Assembly: GCF_000002075.1 (NCBI RefSeq)
Contig: NW_004797451.1
Location: 961,679 to 1,025,678, forward strand
Direction of reading: 5' to 3'
Length of the DNA stretch: 64,000 nt
Source of the DNA: Aplysia californica
Lineage: Eukaryota
A program made the position numbers and the translations under genes. The notes under the pieces were generated by a model, which had not been told where the DNA came from, ran no database searches, and saw nothing but the letters and a program-made list of their open reading frames with translations. Shown here one piece after another: positions 12,430 to 25,493 of the stretch. Each line of letters opens with the position of its first letter. The stretch's first letter is position 1.

Positions 12430-15400
12430 AATAATAATAGTAGTAGGAGTCATTATAATAATGTAGATCATTCTTATAGCACCCACTCTCATATGAACAC
12501 AGCTCTGTGCACTTTACTCAATAAATGTTTTTTTTCTCCCCCAGATCTAAATCAAGACTCTGCTACGTTCGGAGGGCTGCCATTTTCTTACTTAGTGTTT
12601 GACGTAACTAACTCTAAAAATATCCTGGACGGCACAGTTGTACTCAGCTTCAGAACTCTGCTGACAGAGGCTTTGCTCATGTACGTGCACGACCACAAAG
12701 GGAACTTTGTGCAGCTGGAGCTCAGCGATGCCAAGACTGTCACTGTCAGCTACAGCAACTACAACCAGATAGTCAGGGACTCCGTCACCACGAATGGTAC
12801 ATTTTCTTACCTGGTTTTTTTTCCACTTCTTCTTTTTTACCTGTTTTTTTCCACTTCTTCTTTCTTAAGTTAACTGTTTTCTCTCTTAGCTTTATGCTTT
12901 TTTTTCCCCACTTAAGCTTTCTCATCTGTCTTTTTTTAAAATTCAAATTATGCCTTCTTTTCACTATTGTTTTTTCAATTATTCCCTCTTTTCATGTTTA
13001 ATCCATGTGTTGTCGGCAAGCTGTCAAGTACAACACTCGGCACATGGGTTACAAAAGGGTTAAGTATAGTGTTAAAAGTTATTGAGGTTCAAACCACCAT
13101 CCATTCATTCACTCTTCATCTCATCATGAGTGTAGATCTGATTTTTATTGATTTTATATTTTGTGATCTGGTGCTATAGTGAAATATCTTAAACTAGTAG
13201 ACAAGAAATTGGGTGATTTCCCCCCTTTAGCTGCCTTCCCGGTCATCTCTGGTTGCCTCATGCATCTCAAGACTAGGGAGTCTCGGAGTCTGAGTAAGTC
13301 TAAAATCTGGTGCTGTATTTTCAGTGCCGCTCAACGACGGTGAGTGGAAGCAGGTGGTGGCCGAGAACTACTACAACTTCACCCGTCTCATGGTGCTGGG
13401 GTCGTCGAAGGTCATAGAAGTACGACGGGGAAGGATACAAAGTTATTCTCTCGACCCGTACTATGGAAGCATATACCAACGTAAGATTGTTACACATACT
13501 ATCTCTTGACCATTGTCATGGAAGCATTTTAAAAAGTTATTAGTGTTGGCACTTACACTCTTAATAAAACTAAATTATCAGTGTAAGACAGTGGCTGTCT
13601 CTAACACTGTTTTGTGGAAGTATATATCAACAAAAGGTTGTCAAGCAACATCATGTTCCCTCTTTTCTGACTTATGATTGGTCTTAGCATACCTGCATCT
13701 GTGATAAGTAAGAGGCTTTTTAATTTTAATCAAGAATGAACACAAAGTTTTTGTCTGGACCCTTTATCCCGGAAGTTTATATTAAAGTAGGATTATGTAT
13801 TACATGAACTGCTTCTTCCAGTTTAGATTGGTGTTAGCTTTCCTCCTTCTGTGATAAGTAGTTAGCTTTTTGTTAAAACAGTTTCTGTTCGTTCAAATAA
13901 AGCCACATATCTAATGTATTCTCATTGCTGTTATCCCAAAATAGGTTGAGAAAAAAAGAAGTGTGTACAAAACGTAGCTTAAAATGTCTCTTAAAATATG
14001 TATTACATAGTTTGCATTGATTGTGATGCTTAGAGAAGTTTGATGAAGACTTGCAGGTTGAATACAAAGCTCTATGATATCATTGTTGCTTTTCAGCTGA
14101 TTGTATTTTCATTTTTATCGGTAGTTCTATAGCATGTCTCATTACCAATAGTCTTGTGTGATTTATACAACTCATTTTAATTGTTGATCCTACCACATTT
14201 TCTGTTGTTGCTATTGCTAATATATAGTCATTGTTGTAGTTGATAAAGGCAATGATCCGACACCTATTCAGATTTCTCTCTGCTGCTCAACGCCATGAAG
14301 TGAAATGTGTATGTTCCGCTGTTAATAGATCTGTCAGAAAAGCACTTTGCCCTTTACCCATGACTCGTCTCCATCTCCCACACTCATAGAGATGGTATTC
14401 ATCATATCTTTCCATCTCCTAACTCTACAAGGGGCACACCAAAAGTTTTTTCCCTGACCATGAAGGAATAAAGGTAGATAGCTGTGTAGTGGCCTCAAAC
14501 AGTTACACTTTTTTGCCATCGGTGTAAGACCTTGAAAATAGAAGACCCTCTCATTGTCAGAAAACCAGCCCTCTACCGCTTCTTTGACCTCATTATCACT
14601 TTCAAAATGCCTTCCTTTAAAATCCTTTTTCAGTTTGGGGAATAAAAAAAGTAGGATGGGGCTAAATCTGGAGAATAGGGTGGATATGGCAAAATTTCAT
14701 AGCCACATTCCCGCGCAGTTTTGGCAGCCTTTCTTGGAGTGTGTGCTGGCGCATTCCCGTGAAGCAGCAAAATGCTTTTTCGGATCTTTCCGGTGCATTT
14801 CCTCTGCGTTTTTCTTTAATAGCCTCTCATAATTTTTTTACCTGGTTAGAATAATGGTCTCCGGTGATCGTATGTCCATTTTCAAGATAAACTGTCATAA
14901 TCACTCCATTTTGGTCCCCCCAAAAATGATAGCATCACTTTTCTACTTGATGGCTGCACTTTTGCTTTCTTTGGTGTGGGAGATGAGGTGATTTCCACTG
15001 CATTGATGCAGATTTTGACTCTGGATCGAAGTGGTGGACCCATGTCTCATCCATGGTAAGAAGTCTTTTAAAAAAAATTAGTTTCATGTTGTTACTTGCC
15101 TTGCAAGAACAAAAACTTCATTACTGCCCTCTACTCAATTTTCTACATTTATATGTTGAAACTGGAGAACAACATACCCTTGTTCGCTTACTGTATGTTG
15201 GTGCTAAAACCTGAGATCGGAAATTTTCCAAAATTTACATGCAATCTAGGAAGATAATTTTTGGCTTTCACCTCAAATTTCAGCTTTCTACCTTTATTCC
15301 TTCATGGTCAGGTAAAAAACCTTTGGTATGCCCCTCGTAAAGGTTGCTCCATCTATCCACACTTAAACCCATTTACACTTGGTATCTTTACATCTCCTAG

Positions 15401-17447
15401 CACGAAAGCTTTCTCCGTTCATCCACGCTTATGTTCTTTACACACTTCATCTTTCCATCCCCCACAATCACAGAGACGGTTTTCATCGCACGACCAGCAC
15501 TGATGCCTGCTCCGTTCATTCATGCTTACATCGGAGGGGTCAAGGACGGTGCGTCTGCTACAGCACCGCTGGTCGGTTGTGTCAGGGGAATGAGGATCGG
15601 AGACTACGTCTTCCATCTCTCTCAGACGGCTGCGGAGTTGGGCAATGATACATGTACGTACTGTATGTTGTTATGACTGGAAGAAATATGTATAACTCTA
15701 TTTGGCTATGTGTGCGATAGACGATGGAATGGGTGGTTGATGGGTGCTCTGGTATTTTTTTGCTCCATCTTTCCTATCAAACATCTATCGTCATCATCTC
15801 TCCTCCGTCTTTTATTTGTGCTTTACTCTTTTGAAACACCTCTAATCTTCAGCACTTATATGATCTATTTGTGTTGCGAGTGCAGTAAAACTCTTACTAA
15901 AACCCCCCTAAAAATTTAACAAGATGTTGGAGTTACTCTTTGTCTTGTAACCATGATTTTGTAAAATCACTGGTCACCTCTAACCACCAACATGTTCCCT
16001 CCCTGTGTCCATGCAGTGGTCTCAGACAAGTGTGAGAAGGGCTGCGACGAGGACACCTGCCACAACAACGGCTTCTGCGAGGAGCGCTGGAGAGACGGAC
16101 AGTTCCATTGTGACTGTGCCGACAACGGATTCTCCGGACACAGATGTGAAATAGGTATACAATTTGTTGAACATTTTATGATGTAAGCATGATTTATTTC
16201 ATTTTTTAGGCAGACTCAGCTTCAGCTCTGCCAGTCAGATGATTAAAAACCAGTTGAAATTGTCAAAGACAGCGAGTGGGCGGTTGGCGGGTGCTCTGGT
16301 GTGGTTTGCTCCTTCTTTCCTATCAAACATCTATCATCTTTATCTCCCCTCCTTCTTTTTTGTGTTTGTTACTCCTTAGTAACATCTCTAATCTTCGGCA
16401 CTTATATGACCTTATTGTGTTGCAAGTGCCGTAAAACTCTTATGGAAAAAAAAGACAGCGACCCAATGTCAAGGAGAAAAGTGGCTGTCTTAGAAAGGTG
16501 GTATTGTGTGAGCACTGATCTCCTACCCAAGCTTGTGTGTTAAAGGTGAATGTGTAGAAATATCAATTAGTATGAGCATACAATATGGCATGTGCAGTCT
16601 ACATTGTGAAGCTGACCTACTGTTTATGTGCTTTCAAAGTTTCACACGTTTATCAACAGCAGTTGACTAGTTTTTATGATATTAATAATAATAGATAGTA
16701 AATAGCATTTACATAGTGCATACCCCCGCTCAACAGCAAGCTCTGTGTGCTTTACATTATATTATTACCCCAGCAGACCATAAAACACTCTGAAACATTC
16801 TCAGCTTCCCGGGAAGGATACAGTGCAAGCAGCTGATTAAGCGCCCAAAAACTAAAAAACTGACAAGATCTTTTGTTGTCTAAAGCTTGGTACCCATTCT
16901 CACGTGGGTGAAGTGAGGAAAATTCATGTAAAGTGCCTTTCCCAAGGACACAATGACGGGCCCCTGACAGGATTTTTGCCCATGACCTTACAGTGGTGAG
17001 TCCGAGAGCCTAACCACTAGGCCACCGACACCACCACTCGTTCATTTGAACATACAGTCGGACCTACTCTTATAGTCACCTGTCCAAGTGATTCATTTAT
17101 ACTGACGGCCACTTCCCACTTTCCTTCTTGCATTTTTTTCTTCTATAAAGACATTACCCTAGATGTTCTCATGTCTGAAAAAACACTTATCTCCTCCACA
17201 ATGGCTGGCTGTCTTGAACAATTTCAACTTTATGTGTTTTTTTCTCTGCGAGGTTAACCCACTGATTATTTACAATTTAAATGTCCTGCGCGTATTTGTA
17301 GCAGTTTTCTAAGTGATACACTCATACAGGTTGACACAATGATATATCAATTGTACATTGTGAGGCTGACAGTGTAAGCATTGAGTCACTGGAGAGTGGG
17401 TGCTATAGAAGTGATCGTTTTTATTATTATTATTATTTTTATTAATA

Positions 17448-17485
<38 letters not shown>

Positions 17486-20400
17486 ATAATCATACCATTT
17501 ATGTGCATTCAAAATTTCCAGTTCATATTAAAATGGCAATCGTGTGTTCTGATGTGGTCCTCTGTAGAGCCCTCGGTAGAAGTGTACGGCAATACGGTCG
17601 TGCGACACGCGTTTGTGCTGCCCGTGATGGACCAGTACAGCCTCAGCGAGAGCCTGACCTTCCGCTTCAAGGCCAACCCCATCTCGGAGGTCGCTGACCC
17701 TATGATCATGGCTTACATCACAAGCTCGCAGTGAGTGGCTCACATCAAGTGTTTTATAATACCTTAGAAGGAGACAAATAACATGATCACAGCTCATGTC
17801 CAGTGATTTATTATACCTTCGAAGGAGACAAATAACATGATCACAGCTCACATCAAGTGATTTATTATACCTTAGAAGGAGACGAATAATATGATTATAG
17901 CAGCATGCATAAAGTAAAAATGATCACAGCATAAATCACAAGCTCTCGGTAGAGTTGGCCAATTTTCTTACAATGGTTTGCCTGTTTTATTTTTTGAGAC
18001 TATTGAGAGACTTTGACTTTCCCCCCAGGTCCAAAGATTACATCATGGCAAGACTTGACCCTTCTGGGAGTGTGATGTTGGAGACAAACCAAGGAATCGG
18101 GATCTGTGAGTAACGCACTTTGTGTTTTTTGCCTTTCATTTAAGAAAGTAAACTACCGTATATCGCCATGAATAGGTTGTATGGATGGATAAGATGCAGG
18201 CACACTTGAGAGCAAAAACTTTTGTATAAATCAAATGTTCGTTGGATAAAATGCACCAACTTTTTCATGGCACTCACCATCACTATAGTGGATTTTTTAT
18301 TAATAACCACACTTCAAAACAAAACAAATTTAGGTTGTTGTTTTTTTATAACTTGTTTTTAGTCAGCCATCTTAACTCTAGATATACTACAGAGCAACAA
18401 GGAACAGCCATTTTGTTTTAAGGTGATGATGTCCAGATTTTGTGGCATCATTTGCGTTCATTGTTTGCAAATTGAGGAGATTTTTGTAAGTATACAATTA
18501 AAAAGGAAAAAGAAGAGACTGGGGAGTGAATGAAGCTCTACATGAATCACTGAAAATGTGTAAATAAGCTCCAAAAAAAGAACAAATACTAATGAGAAAA
18601 AAGTGTTACGTTTTGCCCATTTTCTTTTCTCAGATCGAATCAAAGTCACTGGCAAGTTTGCGGACGGAAAACCTCACGACTTTGTCTACATCCGGGAAGG
18701 TTCGAACATGTACCTTAAGGTCAGTTTATTAAACAACTGTTTTGCCCATCATAGACTTTTCCAATGTGAGGAAGGCTACTTCCACAACCGTTGATGTCCA
18801 AAAACTCATTTGCTGTAAATTTCTGTTTGAAGTGTGTCACTAATTTCTGAATTTTGTAAGCTTAATGTTGCTAATTTTATCATTTCTTAAGCTTAACGTT
18901 GCTAATTTCTTAAGTTTTTAAAGCTTAGCATTGCCATGTACAGGGCTTATCATGGGCCAACATACATTTTTCTTTAATTGATCAGTATTCCTGAATAATT
19001 TGCTTACATTCAGCTGAGATGTTTTTGTAATTGTGTCGAGAAACTTTCAGGTAATTCCTCCTGCTTCTTGTTGCTTTGGGACACATTTCACATTCCACCG
19101 TAGACTTGACTGTGTGTAAAGTTAGGATGGTAGAGTGTGCACAGAACATACAAGTATTTATTAAGTTGCATATTTATAAGTGAAGGAATGCAAGCCATAG
19201 AGCAATTTGCAAATTAAACTTTTTAGTTACTTTTCTAAAAATGCACAACTGCACCTTAGGAATCAAAATCGTGCATGGCATTATTTGCATGGCTTAGAGG
19301 TGGTGTGTTTGATAATGATGTAGAACTCACACATCCATTCTCTATTCCCTGAAAGTAAACACTGTGTCTCTCAGGAGTTGAGTTCTGTGTCGACGTATTG
19401 TGCATAGTGGCATGCTGTAACTCTGAGAACAATTCCGAATGATTCAAACTGAATTATATCTGTTGTAGAGACTGGTGCAAGTCCTCTTTTTTTACTGTAG
19501 TTTTTCCTGTGTGTCTCCACTCCCATTTCGTCGTGTCAGTCGAGAGCTTTCAGATTTTCAAACGTGCTCCAAAAACTGCAGAGATAGAATGTTTTATCAT
19601 TTACAATGTTTCAACCAAATACATTTATTTTAGAAGACTACTTGATGTGGTGTTTTTGCAGAGGCTGTACCTTTCCTGATGCAGCATTGTTTAAGCACTT
19701 TGTCTCCTTTGCCATAAATAGCAGTTCTGACAATCACATTGTAAGATTTTTAAATCACAGAAGTTTTTGGAGCATGAAAGTAGATGCTTTTTAGTGTCTT
19801 TTCAAGTAGAAACTGAAATTGACAGGGTTTAGGGATTAGAGACAGTAGACAGGCGGTGGGGGGGTGGTTAAATCTGTGTTGTGTCTAGTGTTCTATTACT
19901 CTCGAACAGCATGAATACAATGGAGGAGAAATACTTGAGTGTGGTGCACCCTCTCCAAGCAGAGCAGTTAGAGCCAGAATGGACAAAATTTCTCAGCATT
20001 TCAGCACGGGACGGTGTCGCAGAACGTTGCTCAAAGGAAAATCTCTTTGTTAGCTTTGTTATATTACTATGCTTCTGTGGGTATCTGATGAAGCATTGCG
20101 TGAAGGGAAGTTCCTTCTTTAGTTTTGTTTTATTGCTATGCTCCTGTGTGTGTGAAGGCAATGACTCATAGATGTGTCCCTGATGAGTTACCGAGTTCCT
20201 TCTCCGAGACCACCCGAGGGAAAACTTGTCTAACCTGTACTTTATCTTTGCATGCTGTCATTATGTCCATCAGGTGAAACCTCTAGATCCTTATGGAAAT
20301 GTGATAGTAAGTACATGTCATCATGATTGTCACGGTATTCATGCCAGCTTTTGGTCGCTTTGCTTTCAAATCTTCAGGCTGCTCATTTTTCAACTTCGTA

Positions 20401-23400
20401 TCTATTTAGCCATTTCCATATAGCTCTTTCCACATAGCCATTTCCATATAGCTCTTTCCACTTAGAGTCATTTCCATTTAGCTGTTTCCACTACACAGTT
20501 TTTTTACTTTTTTCTTGGCATTTCTAGAGTCCTTTTCACTACATTTTTTATACTGCTTTTAGCAAAACTATTTGTTATGGCTTTAGATTTTGGGGGTTTT
20601 AGTTTGATCCTTATGTTGTTCACTCAGTGAAAAAACTGTTAAAATTTGGGTAGAGATAAGATTGAGAAAATCACCAAAAGTTTGCATTTACAACTTCAGT
20701 AGGCCTATAGGAAATATTTACCTTTTTTTTTCAGTGCAGACACTTGCGCTTTTTTGAGGGCTGTTTTGTGTTCCAATTTTTGTTTCCTTCAATGTTCATA
20801 AGTGTGTCACAAATGACTGTTGTCAGTGACAATGCATGTGTTTATGCTCGTTTAAGTCAGTTAGAATCCTCTGTTAATGTCTGTATGAGTTGCTCATATT
20901 CATTATACTATAGTATCATGGGAACATGTAACTGACCATGCATCATTTGAGATAACAAATCAGATATTATGAGTAAGGAAAAACAGCCCACTAGGTGCAA
21001 TTCAGTCATTTATAAGATATTATCATATAATAAAAATTAATAAACAATTTTTAGTAAAGGCAGGGGGTGGGCATGGGGGTGGTAATCTGTTGTTGTAAAA
21101 TTGACTTTGTTCCTATGAAGAATCCTGCGTAGGGACAGGCTTAACTCAGTAGTTATAGGGTGAACTCCTGTGGAGATAGGTTTAAACCGAGTAATGATCC
21201 AATAGGTTTAACTCCATTAGCGATAGGTTTAACCCCAGTTTAACCCCAGTAGTGAGAGATTTAACCCCAGTAGTGATAGGTTTAACTCCTTTAGTAACAG
21301 GTTTAACTCCAGTTTAACCCCAGCAGTAATAGGTTTAACCCCAGTAGTGATAGGTTTAACTCCTTTAGTAACAAGTTTAACTCCAGTTTAACCCCAGCAG
21401 TAAAAGGTTTAACCCCAGTAGTGACATGTTTAACTTTATTTGTAAAAGTATTAACACCAATAGCTGTGGTTAGACATTTGCTTTTTTTGTCCTGGATCAG
21501 TTCGGCTCTACTTACGTTCAACTGACATGTTTTCGTGAGCTAAATACAGGACTGTATATAATATCCATGTAGTGCTACTAGGTCTATAACATTTTTTAAC
21601 AAAGGTGAAGACTTGAAGAAACACTTTGTCTTAATCAAGCCTAGAAGCTGTCTCACTCCTTTAACATAGTTTATAGATGCTGCATGGTTGAAGACATTTC
21701 TTCTTTTTCGCATAACTTCTGCGCTGTATTTGGTGGCCTCAAGACTATTCACAGGCCTGTACATTGTGTATTTAGAATGATGTGCGTACATCCACAGTAT
21801 GTATTATTGCACGTTGTAGCCCTATCAGTGAATCCTGTACCACAAGTCTCAATTGTGTCCCATTTTTTAAATTTTAAATCCAGTGCGATTGTAGTTCACT
21901 TTTTTCTCTTGAAGTCTGAAGTAAGGATATCTTAATTTTCATTGTCATTGGTTTAAGTCTTACATTAATAATTCTTACATTAATACTTCAAGAAAGATCA
22001 ATTACAGTTTTGATTTCAAATTGAATGTAATGTCATACCTAGAAGACTTTAAAACTTCTTTTAATAATTCCACCCCATCCACCCCCCTCCCCCGAAGAAA
22101 ACCTCAGAAAGGTTGTATAATAGCCAAAACATATGTGATTTATTTTTGACATTTTGAGAAACGATCCTTTATCTTTCCTGAAATATTTAATGCAAATTCT
22201 GTTGTTTAGGCTTTTGTACAGCCTTTTTCTAATGGTTTTGTAAAAATTTTGGGCATCTTGCAGCTTCAGTCGTGTATCCAATAATGTTCACTGTATCCAG
22301 GCAAGTTGAATTATAAGATTTTGTCAAGCTGAGTGGTGTTAGTTTTACAGTGATGACTGCTACTTGATAGTTCTACTTTAGTCAATTAGGGTAAGAGAGA
22401 GAACAGTCTGTAGTTAAAGAATGAAAGCCTTGTGATTGTCAGACAAAATTTGAAAATGTTTTAGAATAGTTAGCTCAGTAAAGTTTTTTAAATGACATAA
22501 TGGTCAAAGTTTAAACATGAGTCCTTAGATTAACTTGGAATTCTCCCATTGCAGTTGGAGAAAGCGTAGTGAAGCAAAATAAAACACTTCCATTCATCAT
22601 TTGTGCAACTGCTAATAAGAATTGGTTCAGAGGTATTTTGATTTGTTTTTAAGATTATGAAGTAAAGGGAACAAAGGAAAAAGAAGAGATGTCAGTTTTT
22701 GGATAATTTGAGTCGTGACATGTGTTTATGCACCTCTTCTGCCTAAAAGTTGATTAGTCGCCCAATATCAGTTGGGAAAACATGGGCTGTTAAGTATTTC
22801 ATTTTCATTTTTCTAGAAATATCTAATGGTCACATCCTTTATTCTTCCCTTGCGCCTTTCAAATGCTTTATGTTCACATTTAAGTAATTTGATCTTTTAA
22901 GGAGCAGGCTGCTTCAATTCAACATTCCTAATCAGGGGCAACCCGGGCTGTCTGATATACAACATCCCTGCAGACCAACTGAGATATTTGATCTGAAAAC
23001 TTCCCCACCTGGGAATCGAACCCATTTCCTTTTTGTGCAGTGGTGAAGAGCTTAACCATTAACTCCCAGAGACCGGTGTAGACTGGGTGCTCAATGTTTT
23101 GGCTTAGTCTCCATCATTGCAGACCAAGCCGCTGACTTTTTGGTTTGTGTTTGTCTCTGGCAGGTGGACCGGATCAAAGAAGCAGACATCAACTATCCGG
23201 ACTATCCCCTGAACAGCATCGACACAATCTACATCGGGGGATATGTACAAGATCACAACGATATTCAATACGTCTCAAACTTCTCTGGATGTATTTCAAG
23301 TAAGTTTTTTCACTTCAATATTATCTTTTCAGTGTGTTGTGTTTTAGCGCATATAAATGACTACTTGCACCGCATGCTTCCCAGGAAGTTGAGGTTGTTT

Positions 23401-25458
23401 CAGAATGCTCTCAGGTCTGCTGGGGTAATAATATAGATTTTGAAGCTCATAGAGCTTGCTGTTGAGAGGGGATTTGCGCTATACAAATGCTATTTATTAT
23501 TATTTTAATATTACACATTCTGAGTTGAAGCAGCCTCACCCCTAAATGATTTGAATTGTGTTGATGGGGGGGGGGGGAATTAAAACCATTTACACTTACA
23601 TTTTCAGGCTGGTATTGAGACTGAATGAGAGGTACTGTCCTCATATTCAGAAACTTGCTCTTAAAACATCTCAATGAAATGGTTCTTGTCATTCAGAGTG
23701 TTTTTGGAAGTTATTTTGGTATTCCCAAGAATTCTTTTTCAAAACAAAGAACAAATTTGTTCATAGGTCTTTCATAGGAAGCAAACTTAGGTGGGTGGTC
23801 ACCTGAACTATAAATCTTTATTGCCCAGATGCTGACACATCAGCTTGGTGTTTTACCAAACACACACACATACACACACGCACGCACGCACACACACACA
23901 CACACACACANNNNNNNNNNNNNNNNNNNNNNNNNNNNNNNNNNNNNNNNNNNNNNNNNNNNNNNNNNNNNNNNNNNNNNNNNNNNNNNNNNNNNNNNNN
24001 NNNNNNNNNNNNNNNNNNNNNNNNNNNNNNNNNNNNNNNNNNNNNNNNNNNNNNNNNNNNNNNCATATAATTAATTATTTTTTTTAATGAAACGGTTTTT
24101 CTTCTTTCTCCTGGAAAAAAAAAATATAGCTTTTGGTCTTATAGCATAAGAACATCCTGCTAACGCACTGTTTTTCGTTCCAATGTCAAAAATGACAAAA
24201 TACAAGATACTACAAAACAATAAAAGTAGTAACTTATAATAGTGTAAATGGACGAAAACAGGCAGGCTTGGGGAGTGAGAAAAGCGAGAAAAAAATCAAG
24301 AAGAATAGAATTCAATGTCAGACCAGATAATGTGAGGATAACAAAAGCATGAAATATATAGAAAGCAAAGTCACTGTATGGCGAAGAAAGTGAAGTTAAG
24401 AAAATTTTGAAAACGTTCGTCATTGCCATGTAAATCGTCGGTCAGGTGTTCTGACCGATACGTACTAAGACCAAAATTTGAAATTAAAATTTTTAGATTA
24501 ATTTTGCTGTTAAAATAACAACAGTTTTATCGGTTGCATATCCCTAAAAATATTTTGTCGAGGGTTAAAATCTAAATGAATTTAAAAAAGACATAATAAT
24601 ATAGGTAGGCCTACAATTATTAAAAAGCAATGAATAGTTTCTTTTTTTATCTTTCTATCTCTATTAAAAATGTTGCTTTTTGGGCTTAGCACATTTGAAC
24701 AGCATGCCAACGAAATATATATCATAAATTCTACCTTGAATAGTCCACGCAAGAGAAGAAATTGCGACCGTACAGTCTGCCCTCATCTCGCTGCTATACG
24801 GTTGATGAGTCTTCTCTACTTCAAGGTACGCACGTCTCAGCAGCTCACGGTGTATCTCTGTCTAACCACATAGGCACAGCTCGCTGGTTTTTGTTTTGCT
24901 TTCTGCGTGGGCTAACTACGAGTTACTTCGTGATGAATACTGAGACAGAAAGGTTTTTCTCTTTCATGTTTTTTTTTTTGTTTTAGAAAGAGCGTTATTG
25001 TTAGATTATGAGAAAGAATAAACAAGAAACGAAATTAGTCCAGTTCATTCTCCTCTAAAAATCGCTTTTACCTTTGAATATTTTTCGGCACAATTTTTCT
25101 CTCTCTCCATTGTTAACAGTCACAATTTGATTATAAACTTGTATTGTAATTGATTGTTGAGTAAACAATTTCTGCACACAGATTTCTCTAAAACAATCAG
25201 CTGTTCCCAAGAAGTCCGGTCTCGACACACGACACTTGAGTTCATGAACTTGAAAAATCTGGCGACACAGCCGCAGTAGCTGTCCCCGACGGACGTGGCC
25301 TCCGAGAGTGAGTGAGAGAGAGAGGGGGGAGAGAAGAAATCCGCCCTGTTCTGTGATGAAATACGTGTGTACAATAAATAAAGAACCGCGACACGGCGCT
25401 AAGTTCACGGAACGCCGTCACCGGGAGAAGAAGAACCGAGGAGAGATCGTCTGTCCTG

Positions 25459-25493
<35 letters not shown>

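Noticed and set aside
19998-20020. RE1/NRSE-like TTCAGCACGGGACGG
   Set aside because: Half-site spacing and the right half are non-canonical, and a REST system is not established for this kind of animal.
19881-20171. 96-aa ORF with a hydrophobic C-half as a nested small membrane protein
   Set aside because: The hydrophobicity follows from T-rich intron composition and there is no family resemblance.
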